A stretch of DNA of 64,000 bases from Octopus vulgaris. Its lineage: Eukaryota. The position numbers were made by a program, and so were the translations under genes. Below, one piece after another: positions 26,351 through 39,404 of the stretch (positions are counted from its first letter, which is position 1; the number at the start of each line of letters is the position of its first letter). The DNA is taken from the NCBI GenBank assembly GCA_951406725.2, contig OX597837.1:7564001-7628000 (forward strand), written 5' to 3'. The notes under the pieces are model-generated. The model was given only the letters and a program-made list of their open reading frames with translations. It did no database searches and was not told the origin of the DNA.

Positions 26351-26402
26351 TAGGTGCACAAATAGATTGATAGATGGATAGAAGTACATCTGTTTTGAAT
26401 AT

Positions 26403-26537
26403 ACTTACAGAACATCATCTGAGTCAGAAATTCAAAGAACATCTTTTTTTTTACCAAATTACCAAAAGTTTGTAAAAATTCACTTTCACTTACCTACAAA
26501 AGAAAGAAGGAAAGAAAAAAAACATAAATTATATTAG
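26403..26537 (-). other. Candidate recursive splice site (AG|GTAAGT at 26494/26493) with an 85-nt cryptic RS-exon
   Basis: Minus strand: CTAAT...ttttttttctttccttctttcttttgTAG|GTAAGT, with a second donor TCT|GTAAGT 85 nt downstream. Confidence 0.5.
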
Positions 26538-26768
26538 CATATTGAGTTGCAGACATGAAGGCTGTCAAGAATTGGCAAAAAGACTTTAAAATATTCGAAC
26601 GGAGAAGAAAATATTTCAATTCATCATTTCTTGGAAAAAACAAAATATATAAATTGTGTGTGTGTGTGTGTGTGTGTGAATATATATGCATATATGTGTG
26701 TGTATACATAAATACATTTATATATATATATATATATATGTGTGTGTGCGTGTGCATATATATATATA

Positions 26769-26800
<32 letters not shown>

Positions 26801-26942
26801 TATATATATATATATATATCATGCTAGCATGGAAAAACTGACGTTAAACGATGATGTATATATACATTTATATACATATATATATATGTATAGATAGATA
26901 CATACATATATGTGTATATATATATATATATAGATACATACA

Positions 26943-27015
<73 letters not shown>

Positions 27016-27752
27016 AGATAGATAGATAGATACATATATGTGTATATATATATAGATAGATAGATACATACATATATGTATATATATATATATATATATA
27101 TAAAGTACATAAAATAAATATACCATATAAATAAACCTAAAAGTAAATATATACATGTACATATATGCATATATATATATATATAGATAGATATATATAT
27201 ATATATGTATATATGTCCATATATGCATATATATATATGTATATATGTCCATTATATATATATATACATATGATATTGCTGAAATGATATGATGCAGATA
27301 TGATATCGGCATATATTTTTTTAAAATAATGTTCTGTAAGATGAATTTTTAAATATGACAAAAAAAAATTCTTTTTTTAAAATTTATTTACATTTAGATC
27401 ATATTTTAGAAGCTTTTGAGAAATATGAAAATACATCTCTTTAATATGGACTGAGCTTACGAATCTCACACACACATTGCCATCACCATGTCATTGTCGT
27501 CTTTATCATTGTTGTCAGTAGTAGAGTGCGGCCAGACTGGAGCACCGCCTTGAAGGGTTTTTTAGTTGAATGAATCGTTCCAAATACCTATTTTTTTGTT
27601 CGCAAACAGATAACTTATTTTATCACTCTCTTTTGTCAAAGTATGAAACTACAAGGGATATAAACACACGAACAGCAGTTGTCAAGTTGTAGTGACGGAC
27701 ACACAGACACAAAAACACACAAATATACACATATATATATATATATATATAT

Positions 27753-27898
27753 ATTTCTTTATTACCCACAAGGGGCAAAACAAGGACAGACAAACGAATT
27801 AAGTCGATTACATTGACCCCAGTGCATAACTGGTACTTAATTTATCGACCTCGAAAGGATGAAAGGCAAAGTCGAACTCGGCGGAATTTGAACCCAGA

Positions 27899-27900
<2 letters not shown>
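27753..27900 (-). mobile_element. Partial SINE-B
   Basis: tttctttattacccacaagggg...ggcggaatttgaacccagaa. Confidence 0.8.
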
Positions 27901-27944
<44 letters not shown>

Positions 27945-27949
<5 letters not shown>

Positions 27950-28140
27950 TAGTCCAAACATGAAAACACAAAGAGAAAACACAACAACGCGAGGACGTGG
28001 AACAAGTATAGTATTATTGGACGCTAAGGAAAGAAGGAGGGTTTAACGTTTCGAGCGGAGCTCTTCGTCAGAAACATAGAAAAGGAAAGATCCAAGGAAG
28101 GGAAGATGTAGGATAAAAAATCGCCAACAGTACACATGTG
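27945..28140 (-). mobile_element. Family E2 Penelope-like repeat
   Basis: Homologous to 22433-22660. Confidence 0.65.
28041..28075 (-). ncRNA. Minimal type I hammerhead motif with intact core
   Basis: GTTT CTGACGA A GAGC TCC GCTC GAAACGTT AAAC; stem I GUUU/AAAC, stem II GAGC/GCUC, loop-less palindromic stem III ACGU (dimer type). Confidence 0.7.
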
Positions 28141-28330
28141 GTGCTTTAGTCATTTGACTGCAGCCATGCTGGAGCACTGCCATTAATCAAACAATTTGAC
28201 CCCATGACATTTTTTCAGTTATATTTTGCCGAACTACTAAGTTATGGTGAATTAGACACACCAACACCAGTTGTCAAGCAATCATGGGGGAATAAACAAA
28301 CACACAAACATCTCTCTCTCTATCTATCTA

Positions 28331-28365
<35 letters not shown>

Positions 28366-28882
28366 TAGAGTAAGTGCATAAAGGCAAAACAAGGTGGAAA
28401 AAATAGTACTCGAATACCAGTTTCCGTCTGCGAAATCCATTGCACCAAAGTGATCCTCTAGCCTTTGACCAACCAGATTAGAGGCTTTAATATTACATGC
28501 AATAAAGAAAGCTTCTTTACATTTAAAAGAGAGAAATAGCAATTGTTGGCAATAGAAGGGATTGATACAGAAAACAAATGAGAATACTCTCTACATATTT
28601 CTGAGTGAAAATATCCATATGTTTCTGTGTTTTTACATATGCAATTCTCAAAAAATCATTGAGGTACGAGAGCAGTGTGATGTTGTTGGTAATATCCCTG
28701 TCAGAAATATTTGTCCACTGGTTTTGCATCTTCGCGTGACAAATAGCATAAAGGATACCTTGCTTGGAAACAAAGGTGAGTGACAGCAAAGGCATCCGCT
28801 TGTAAAGCAATGTCTTGATTATATATTCATGTAATCCATGCCGGCAAGGAAACATATGCAAAATGAATGAACAGCAGACATT

Positions 28883-28929
<47 letters not shown>

Positions 28930-28931
<2 letters not shown>

Positions 28932-29339
28932 CAAAGGAGTGGCTGTGTGGTAAGTAGCTTGCTTACCAGCCACGTGGTTCTGGGTTCAGTCCCACTGCAT
29001 GTAGCATCTTGGGCAAGTGTCTTCTACTATAGCCTCGGGCCGACCAAAGCCTTGTGAGTGAATTTGGTAGATGGAAACTGAAAGAAGCCTGTCGTATATA
29101 TGTATATATATATATGTGTGTGTGTGTGTGTTTGTGTTTGTCCCCCTAGCATTGCTTGGCAACCAATGCTGGTGTGTTTATGTCCCCGTAACTTAACGGT
29201 TAGGCAAAAGACACCGATACAATAAGTACTACGCTTACAAAGAATAAGTCCTGGGGTCGATTTGCTCGACTAAAGGTGGTGCTCCAGCATGGCCACAGTC
29301 AAATGACTGAAACAAGTAAAAGAATAAAATAGCAAAAGA

Positions 29340-29340
<1 letters not shown>
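28930..29340 (+). mobile_element. Full-length SINE-A
   Basis: Family A sequence. Confidence 0.9.
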
Positions 29341-29390
<50 letters not shown>

Positions 29391-29658
29391 TATGCACATT
29401 TATAGACAGGGAGACATACATGTTTATATAAATACACACAGAAGCAATCTGATAGATAATTTTTATATATATAAAAGCATAATAAATAAACTGCTTCCAG
29501 TCACAGAGAAGTAAAATATGCAAAGAGTTTGGAGATAAGTGGAGAATGTAAACTATTATGGCTGATAACAAGAAGTGTTTGTTGCTAATATCAGTCCCCG
29601 CTCAAATCTCTTCAAATACACACGCTCAAAATGAGAAATATATATATGTGTGTGTGTA

Positions 29659-29704
<46 letters not shown>

Positions 29705-29756
29705 TTTGATACACGAATCTATAAATACATATATGTACGCATATCATATACGTGTG

Positions 29757-29805
<49 letters not shown>

Positions 29806-29808
29806 ACA

Positions 29809-29856
<48 letters not shown>

Positions 29857-29892
29857 CACAAATATTTTATGCGTGCATATCTATAAAATCTC

Positions 29893-29927
<35 letters not shown>

Positions 29928-30164
29928 GTAAAGATATACATATACACATATATAAATATATTTATGTAGAATAACTAAGTTGAATGTCAGAGTGTTACTG
30001 ATGGATGTTTGTGTGTGTGTTTGTGTATGTATTTATATGTATACATTTATATGTATATATATATTTATATATATAAATATATATATGTGCATGTATGCAT
30101 TTATGTGTGTATGTACACACACAAACAAACAAACATACATTGTGATAGCATAGTATCATAGTAA

Positions 30165-30345
30165 CCAGTATAAGAGCTCGGCGTACCAATTTCGTGGCGC
30201 TGTTACCTCATCTGGGAACAAAAAAGATTCTTTTCTGCAAATGAAGGGCAGATTCCATGACATTTATGTATGAAGTGTGATGTTGCATGGCTGAGAAACA
30301 TGGCAAGTGAGTGGGGACGACATGCGAAGGGCAGAAAAAGAACTT
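30165..30345 (+). pseudogene. Old RTE-LINE ORF fragment (post-RT region)
   Basis: IRARRTNFVALLPHLGTK, frameshift, FLQMKGRFHDIYV*SVMLHG*ETWQVSGDDMRRAEK; resembles KG.LY...VR..MLYG.ETW. Confidence 0.65.
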
Positions 30346-30539
30346 AAGTGAACATGTAGCATTGAAAGTGCTATATTTATATTTAACTAGTTTCATTCAT
30401 TGGATCGTGGCCTTGCTGGAGCACTGCCTTCAAGGTTTTAGCTGAACAAAGCAACCCTCGTACTGATTTTATTTGCAGATCTGGTACTCAGGGCCGGGTT
30501 AAGACCCATAGAGGCTGTAAGCACTTAAAAGATTTTGGT

Positions 30540-30972
30540 GCATCATCATCATCGTTTAACGTCCACTTTCCATGCTAGCATGGGCTGGACGCTCAGTTTC
30601 TGTCTACCAAATCCACTCACAAGGCTTTGGTCAGCACAAGGCTATAGTAGAAGACACTTGTCCAAGGTGTCATGCACTGGGACTGAACCTGGAACCATGT
30701 GGTTCATAAGCAAGCTACTTACCTATTGAACCACTCCTGCACCTAAAGCACCATCCGATCGTGGCCATTGCCAGCCTCGCCTGGCACCTGTGCCAGTGGC
30801 ACGCAAAAGGCACTCACTACACTCACGGAGTGGTTGGCGTGAGGAAGGGCATCCAACTGTAGAAACTTTGCTAGATCAGACTGGGCCTGGTGCAGCCTTC
30901 TGGTTTCCCAGACCCCAGTTGCACCGTCCAACCCATGCTAGCATGGAAAGCGGACGCTAAACGATGATGATG
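30540..30972. mobile_element. Composite: RTE tail (-), SINE-A head (-), RTE 3' end (+)
   Basis: Family C match at 30540-30590 and 30745-30972; family A match at 30593-30743. Confidence 0.75.
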
Positions 30973-31079
30973 ATATATATAGACAGATAGACAGGTGTGG
31001 ATGTGTGATAAGAAGCTTGCTTCCCAATCACATGAGTCTAGGTTCAGTTCCATCTTGGGGAAAATGTTTTCCACTCTAT

Positions 31080-31500
31080 ATACATATATGTATATATATA
31101 TATATATACACATATATATATACACACACAATCACATATATATAATCACATATACATATCTATATATATATACACAAACACATATATATATATATACACA
31201 TATATATACAATCACATATCTATATACACATATATATACAATCACATATCTATATAAACATATATATATATACAATCACATATATATATATACATATATA
31301 TACAATCACATTTATATATACAATCACATATATATATACACATATATATATATATAAACATATATATATACAATCACATTTATATATACAATCACATATA
31401 TATATATATACATATATATATATAAACATATATATATACAATCACATATATATATAAACATATATATATACAATCACATATATATATATACATATATAAA
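31080..31500. repeat. AT-rich minisatellite (catatatatatacaatca-like unit)
   Basis: Directly visible. Confidence 0.85.
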
Positions 31501-32139
31501 TATAAATGATGATGATGCTACACAGATACCTACTCTTACCATTGACCTTTTAAGCTGTTATCCCTTTATAGTATCACCTTACATTCTATACCCTCCCCCC
31601 ACAACCACCACCATCTCCCCACTTTAGAAAAGTACCCCCTCCCCTTATACACAATCATTTCATCACACACATACACACACATAGTGAGAGAGAGACATAC
31701 CGACAGACAAACAGACTTCATGTGTATACACATCTATATATACACACACATATACATACATACACACAGAGGTGAGAATAAAAGACGCACATGTGATTGT
31801 GTATGTATATATAAATATAGACATACATACACACACTTCACAAACATACACACACACACTTCACAAACATACACATACACACACACAATATTGCATACAT
31901 ACACGTAGATAGCTTTTGGCACCAGAACACTTTTCGTCATCTCTTACATAAGGTTATCCTTCTCAACAGTCTACTGTAAAACACTGAAATAAACCAGCTC
32001 AGGATAATCTCGGTAATCTACCCAGGTACTTCTCACAGTTATTATACTCTGGTATATATAATAATAATAATGATAATGATAATAATAATAATGATGATTA
32101 TGATGATAATAATGATAATAATAATAATAATAATAATGA

Positions 32140-32300
32140 TTGGAGTGGTTGGCGTTAGGAAGGGCATCCAGCCGAAGAAACACTGCCAGATCTGACTGGG
32201 CCTGACGAAGCCTTCCAGCTTCACAGACCCCAGTTGAACCGTCCAACCCATGCTAGCATGGAAAGCGGATGCTAAATGATGATGATGATGATGATGATGA
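32140..32300 (+). mobile_element. RTE 3' end (family C)
   Basis: ggagtggttggcgttaggaagggcatcc...(gat)n. Confidence 0.8.
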
Positions 32301-32344
32301 TGATAATAATGATGATGATGATGATAACAATAATAATAATAATT

Positions 32345-32830
32345 ACATTGTTTTGTCTTGGTATAAAAGATGGCCTACAGCAACTATTCTGCTCAATACC
32401 ACAGATTTGCTTGTCAGTTGTTTGACCTTAACCAGTTGAGCATGTCCCTTAGTGGCTGACGATATGTGCATCTCTGATCACGAGCAGAAGTAGTTGGGGA
32501 GCATCATAGCGATGTGTTGAGAGGGATTCTTTGGAGTTTAAATAATTCACCTCTGGAAACATGGGTGTGTCATTCAACATCCTTAAACAACCCATATTCA
32601 GGGACCTTTTGAGCGGGATGGGTTACTTGACCAGAAGAAAATTCTAACTGGGCCCCACCTGCAAGGTCATGCACTGTTTATCTTGATATGAGATCGCCAT
32701 GTCATGCACATATGGTTGTGAGGCATGTGCCTGGTGTACCCTTATCGGACGGGTAGTCATGATGGGTATACTGGGCTTCGTATATTTGTACCCCAGTGTC
32801 ACTTTGATGGCATGAACTGCTCTCTCACTC

Positions 32831-32880
<50 letters not shown>
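32345..32880. mobile_element. Family D repeat flanked by (AAT)n on both sides
   Basis: Homologous to 23476-23880 and 37520-37895. Confidence 0.8.
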
Positions 32881-32883
<3 letters not shown>

Positions 32884-32909
32884 TAATAATAATAATCATC
32901 TTCATCGTT

Positions 32910-33125
32910 ATCATCATCATTTGGCTGGGCTTCCTTGGACATTTTTAACCTCCACCCATCATCCATCTTCATCCTGTATTAGTTGAAGGAAGTGTTTGGA
33001 GGAGAAATCTGGTGTCTCCACTGAGTTGATCTGTATATGTCATGTTTAGATGACCTGTTTGAGTACCACCATGCTTTAACATCCATCGCAATTTTGGTCA
33101 CCTGCCAGCTCTTGTTCAGTTCATA
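32910..33125 (-). pseudogene. Old RTE-like LINE ORF C-terminus
   Basis: Minus strand KHGGTQTGHLNMTYTDQLSGDTRF.../..QDEDG*WVEVKNVQGSPAK* then (GAT)n; resembles KHG.R..GRP..TY.DQL..DTG. Confidence 0.5.
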
Positions 33126-33160
33126 TTTAACAAGAGCAGGATAAACAAAGCATACATGTG

Positions 33161-33193
<33 letters not shown>

Positions 33194-33207
33194 GAATCAT
33201 CTTCATC

Positions 33208-33486
33208 ATTTACATTTGATGGATATTCGTCCTCATCTTGTTTGTTGTCAGCATAACATTTCAGTTGATATACCCTTCCAGCCTTCATCGGGTGTCTTGA
33301 GGAAATTTCGAACCTGGGTTCTCATTCCTAAGGTATTTTTTGATGTTATTATTATTATTATTATTATTATTCAGGTAAACACCTGGAATCAAACTCAGAA
33401 TCTTGGGGTTTGTAGCCTGCACTCTTAACCACTATGCCATATGCTCGTGGCAAGTTCGATTCCAGGCAGTGACCTGGATAATAATA

Positions 33487-33518
<32 letters not shown>

Positions 33519-33654
33519 ATCAAAAAATACCTTAGGAATGAGAACCCAGGTTCGAAATTTCCCCAAGACACCTGAAGAAGGCTGGAGGGTATATCAGCCA
33601 AAAAACTGTGTTAACAACAAACAAGACGGGGACAAATATCCGTCAAATGTAAAT
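33208..33654. mobile_element. Head-to-head inverted pair of a tRNA-headed element ending in a hammerhead-like motif
   Basis: Arms are diverged reverse complements; the left arm (minus) has A box TGGCATAGTGG and B box GAGTTTGATTCC; hammerhead-like motifs at 33250-33296(-) and 33567-33612(+). Confidence 0.7.
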
Positions 33655-33884
33655 AACATCTATCTTCCATGCATGCATGGGTAGGACATTTCACAGGAGC
33701 TGGCCAGGTACAAAAACTACCCAATGCTACTCTGTTTTGATAGGGTTTTTACTGCTGGATGCCCTTCCTAACACCAACCTCTCTGCAAAGTGGATTCAGT
33801 GCTTTTTACGTGGCACTAGTGCAGGTGGGGCTAGTTTTGGCACGATTATATATATATTTCCCTCTCTGGTAGGAGGAACAAGCA

Positions 33885-34005
33885 CTAACACAGTGGAAAT
33901 TTTACCGGTGAGTGTGTTACATTATAAGGTACTAAAAGAAAATGACTCTCCCCAGACACAACAGAATATGCTTCAACACACGAACTCACATAAAGAATCT
34001 TGCAA
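33885..34005. repeat. Interspersed repeat family G fragment
   Basis: aaattttaccggtgagtgtgttacattataa...gactctccccagacacaacaga; second copy at 40150-40221. Confidence 0.7.
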
Positions 34006-34240
34006 ACCAAATCCAAAAACATGCTCAAGGTGCCACGCAGTGGGACTAAACCCGGAACCATGTGGTTGGTAAGCAAGCTACTTACCACACAGCCACTCCT
34101 GCACCAATATATATATATATATATACACATATACAAAACATATAATTATAAATAATTGTGTGTGGATATATATATATATGTGTGTGTGTGTGTGTATGTA
34201 TATGTGTGTGTATATATATATATATACATATATATGTATG

Positions 34241-34291
<51 letters not shown>

Positions 34292-34852
34292 GTGTCACAC
34301 ATAAGCATATGTACACATGCATACAGGCATAAAAATATGTAAAACCCACCCTTTCTTTAACCATAAGTACTTGTAATAATAAAGATAAGAAGAGCAGATA
34401 ATTTGTGATTGTTCAGATTGCAGGTACCTCCACCCTGTTCGCCATCTACCTACCCTCCTTACCTACCCGTCTACCTACTTGCCTCACTGCCAGCCTACCT
34501 GTCTACCTATCTTGCTACCTACCTTTCTGCTCACCAAACTATCTATCAAGCACTCTCTATATTTAAGTGCTGTGGGGGAAGAAGGGAGGGTAGTTATTGG
34601 ATAAAACGGGAGTGGGGAGTAACCCTCTCCCCTAGCAATGGGTCTATGTGACATGGTGTGCATCCACCCTTGAATCTTCTCGTTAGTTAACATGAGGAGT
34701 CTTGTAGGTTCTTTACACCAAGGAATCTATTCTGTTACGACACCTGGTCTTATACTCTAACCCTATAATTCTCAACCCCCTTTTCTTTTTATCTATGGAC
34801 CCCTTTGATTACCATTTTATCCTGCTGCCCCCCACCCCGTAGCCATTTGTTG

Positions 34853-35268
34853 TTTAATCCCTTAGCATTCAGATTATCCTGTCAAATGTTAATGCTTATT
34901 CATTCACAGGGTTTTGAACTAACCCTGCATTATCTCATGCTTTCAAGGTTCTGATGATGTGATTGTTAATTTTTTAAAAAGACATTGTAGGGTAGGTATG
35001 AAAGGCTGGATCTGGCTGCTCTGAACATAAAACAAGAAGAATATTTGGGCCAGATATGGCTAGTTTAACACTTTAGCATTTAGATTATTCTTTCAAATAT
35101 AATGCTTTTTTTACATGCTTTTGAATTAATCCTGCATTGTCTCATAGCTTTGAGATTTAAATGATGCGATTGTTTGTCTTTAGAATGACATTGTAAGGTA
35201 GGTGTGAGAGGCAGGATGTGGCTAGTATGAGCTGGACAGGGCTGTCTGGTTTAAATATTAAAGAACTA
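34853..35268. mobile_element. Two tandem diverged piggyBac-type MITEs (family H)
   Basis: Two about 210-bp related units, each starting at TTAA+(ccc/cac)tttagcatt; right-end fragment ...tttaaatgctaaagagtaa also at 35781-35824. Confidence 0.55.
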
Positions 35269-35409
35269 AAAACTACTTTTATAGATACTTTTAGACCACT
35301 GTGTGCACCTTGGGCAAGTGTCTTCTACTATATACTCGGGCCAACCAAAGCCTTATGGGCAGGTTTGGTAGACAGAAACTGAAAGAAGCCCATCATATAT
35401 ATATGATAT

Positions 35410-35775
35410 GAGGCCCTGCTTGCAAGATGAACTGGTTATCAAATAAAGTTCTATATTCTTCTAGCCATTGCTCATCGTCTCTTTTTAACCAAATCCAGTG
35501 GCTAGCCTTCTCCACTGTAGTTTGGATATCGGTCATGGTGGTATTGATTTTACGATGAGTCAGGCCTAAAGATAACAACAGTCACCTTACACTGTGTCCA
35601 ACAAACCCTCTACATCCGACTTCGATTGGAAAATGCTCCGCTTTCCAGCCTGCGTCTTCACATTCCTTGAGGAGGTTTACAAACGGTCAATCTCTCGAGC
35701 CCAAGCAGCATCTATATTATCTTCACGAGGAACCATTAACTTGACCAGATTCACATCTTTCCTTCTTTCATAGCA
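35410..35775 (-). pseudogene. Decayed C-terminal RLE domain of a Hero/NeSL-type non-LTR retrotransposon
   Basis: RKDVNLVKLMVPREDNIDAAWARE / LLKECEDAGWKAEHFPIEVGCRGFVGHSVR*LLLSLGL...VEKASHWIWLKRDDEQW; matches ELTVPWE, P.EVGCRGF and AS.W.W.KR. Confidence 0.8.
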
Positions 35776-36074
35776 CATTAGAATATTTGGGCCAGATTTG
35801 GCCAGTTTAAATGCTAAAGAGTAATACATAGTTTCTACATACATGTCTGTTAGTGTTGAATGCTGAAGCCTGACAAGAGATGAAGGTGCGGGGCGATGGG
35901 GGCGTGGGGGAACTATGAAGCCCCTACTCTTTCGCACCCCTTTTAGCACTCAAACATTGCTGACATGTGGAGCTATGCTGAACAGCTGTTGCCTTGTTGC
36001 CATGTTGGGTGAGTCCATTTTTGAAGACTGGCCCACCACACTCTCTCCCCTCTCTCTGTCTGTGTTTATGTGTA

Positions 36075-36122
<48 letters not shown>

Positions 36123-36239
36123 CACACACACATGTATATATATTATATATCTATTTGTATGTTTATATGTGTATGAATGTACATATACCAGTGTGTGTGT
36201 ATTTGTGCCTAAATATGGATGCATGCATGCACGTGTGTG

Positions 36240-36332
<93 letters not shown>

Positions 36333-36355
36333 ATGTATGTATGTATGTATGTATT

Positions 36356-36386
<31 letters not shown>

Positions 36387-36409
36387 ATGTATGTATGTAT
36401 GTATGTATG

Positions 36410-36459
<50 letters not shown>

Positions 36460-36480
36460 TATATACATTATTTTATTCAT

Positions 36481-36878
36481 TTATTCTATTACTTGTTTCA
36501 GTCATTTGACTGTGGCCATCCTGGAGCACCGCCTTCAGTCAAGCAAATCAACTCCAGGACTTATTCTTTGTAAGCCTAGTTCTTATTCTATCAGAGTCTT
36601 TTGCCCAACAGCTAAGATATAAATACACCAGCATCGGTTGTCAAGCGATGTGGGGGGGGGGAAACATAGACACACAAACATCTACACACACATACATACA
36701 TACATACATACATATACAACAGGCTTCTTTCAGTTTCCATCTACCAAATCCACTCACAAGAATTTTGGTTGGCCCAAGGCTATAGTAGAAGACATTTGCC
36801 CAAGGTATAACACAATGGGACTGAAAACGGAACCATGTGGTTGGAAAGCAAGCTACTTACCACACAGCTACTCCTGCA
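36481..36878 (-). mobile_element. SINE-A
   Basis: Reverse complement of family A. Confidence 0.9.
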
Positions 36879-37079
36879 TTATATATATTTATATATATAT
36901 ATACACACACACATATATATACATAAAATGTAACTTATACTCTATTACAATATCATGATACTAGTTATATGAGAATATATATATATTTCATCATTGATTA
37001 TTGTATGAAATTAAATCTCATCTGTTGCTATGACAATCAATAACAACTGAAGCAAAAAAAACAAAGAATACGAATAATA

Positions 37080-37480
37080 ATTGTTTCTAATGTAGGTTCA
37101 AAGTCTCCTGATTGGTGGGGGAGGGGCTAGTCAGCTACATCTAATCCAGCATCCATCAACCCCCAAAGGGTGGAAATGCGAAGTTGGCTTCAATGGGATT
37201 TGAACTCCAAGCATGAAGAGCTGTATCAAATACCAGAAACATTTCCTCAACATTGTAACAACCACCAATAATAATAAAAATCTTTTCTACTCTCCGCACA
37301 AAGCCCGAAAGTTTTGGTGAGGGGAGGACCAGACGACTAGATCGACCCCAATACATAACTGGTACTTAATGTATTGATCCTGAAAGGATGAAAACGGAAA
37401 TTGAACTCAGATTGTAAAACCAGAAAAATACTGCTAAGCATTTTGCCCAGTATGCTAGCATTTCTGCAAGCTCGCCGCCT
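37080..37480 (-). mobile_element. Two diverged SINE-B copies
   Basis: ctggtacttaat..gatcctgaaaggatgaaa..ttgaactcag..gctcgccgcc. Confidence 0.7.
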
Positions 37481-37484
37481 TACC

Positions 37485-37519
<35 letters not shown>

Positions 37520-37895
37520 TAAATGCTCTGATGCAGTACCAGGAAGTGGCTCTCATGTCTTCCGATCTGAACTGATTGGAAGCGTTATCATGTGCATTGT
37601 TTTGTCTTGGTATAAAAGATGGGCTACAGCAAATATTCTGCTCAATACCACAGATTTGCTTGTCAGTCATTTGACCGTAACCAGTTGACCATGTCCCTTA
37701 GTGGCTGACGATATGTGCATCTCTGATCACGAGCAGAAGTAGTGGGGGAGCATTATAGCCATGTGTTGGGAGGAATTCTTTGGGGTTTGAATAATTCACC
37801 CCCTGGAAACATGGGTGTTTCATTCATCAATCTCAAACAACCCTTATTCAGTGACCTTTTGAGCATGATGGGCTATTTGACATGAAGACAATTTG
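37520..37895. mobile_element. Family D repeat, left end after (AAT)n
   Basis: Homologous to 32345-32880. Confidence 0.8.
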
Positions 37896-38399
37896 AAAGC
37901 AAACTGCTTAACCACGCAGCCATGCATGGGTCTAAATAATATTTTAAATTTATAATCATAGATTACTGGCACACACACACACACACACACACATGCACAA
38001 ACACACAGCAGTTTGTGAACAGCTTCCACCTATCAAATTTCACTCCCAAGACATTTCTTATTCCTGATAGAAATATATGAACAAAGTGCAATATATTGGA
38101 ATCAGAGCCAGACAAAAAGAATTCCAAAGCAAAATTCATCCCCACACAACCACATTTGCTTCATGTGAATTCTAACGTCACCAGACCAGTTTTCAACTTA
38201 ATTAAACATTTCCCTTGAGAACATAAGTTCTGCAAATTCTTTAACAGAAACAAGGTTAAGGCTAGCTACAGCTGCTCTACTAATGAGACTGCTTCACTAA
38301 CAAGAATGACTTAAGCCTTGAAAATTCAAAAGTGAGTTATATGAAATACATAAATAAACGTAGTTAAACACACACGCACACATACACAAATATATATAT

Positions 38400-39030
38400 C
38401 TCTTTCACTCTTTTACTTGTTTCAGTCATTTGACTGCGGCCATGCTGGAGCACCGCCTTTAATCGAGCAACTCGACCCCGGGACTTATTCTTTTGTAAGC
38501 CCAGTACTTATTCTATCGTTCTCTTTTGCCGAACTGCTAAGTAACGGGGACATAAACACACCAGCATCGGTTGTCAAGCAATGCTAGGGGCACAAACATA
38601 GATACACAAACAGACACACGCATATATATATATATACATATATACGACAGGCTTCTTTCAGTTTCCATCTACCAAATCCACTTACAAGGCTTTCGTTGGC
38701 CCAAGGCTGTAGTAGAAGACACTTGCCCAAGGTGCCACACAGTGGGACTGAACCTGGAACCATGTGGTTGGTAAACAAGCTACTTACCACACAGCCACTC
38801 CTGCGCCTATATACTCTTTTACTCTTTTACTTGTTTCCGTCATTTGACTGCGGCTATGCTGGAGCACCGCCTTTAGTCGAGCAAATTGACCCCAGGACTT
38901 ATTCTTTGTAAGCCCAGTACTTATTCTATCGGTCTCTTTTGCCGAACCGCTAAGTGACGGGACATAAACACACCAGCATCGGTTGTCGAGCAATGCTAGG
39001 GGGACAAACATAGATACACAAACACACACA

Positions 39031-39068
<38 letters not shown>

Positions 39069-39235
39069 TACAACAGGCTTCTTTCAGTTTCCATCTACCA
39101 AATCCACTTCACAAGGCTTTTGGTCGGCCCGAGGCTATAGTAGAAGACACTTGCCCAAGGTGCCACGCAGTGGGACTGAACCCGGAACCATGTGGTTGGT
39201 AAATAAGCTACTTACCACAGAGCCAATCCTGCGCC
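38400..39235 (-). mobile_element. Two tandem full-length SINE-A copies (38400-38807 and 38813-39235)
   Basis: Reverse complement of family A twice, joined by tatat. Confidence 0.9.
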
Positions 39236-39404
39236 TATATATATATATATATATAATTTGGATGTTGACTCATGTGGGAGTCATTTGTTTCAGAATCCTC
39301 AGTTTCATTCTTAATCATATCCTCATCAGGAGAAAAATCTCAAATGAGGATATGAATGAGATCCATCACTGTTGAATTATCAACAAATATCTAAATAGAA
39401 AATA

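Noticed and set aside
25375-26457. Longest ORFs (360, 314 and 271 aa)
   Set aside because: Translations of the stop-free (TTCC)n strand, open in all three frames
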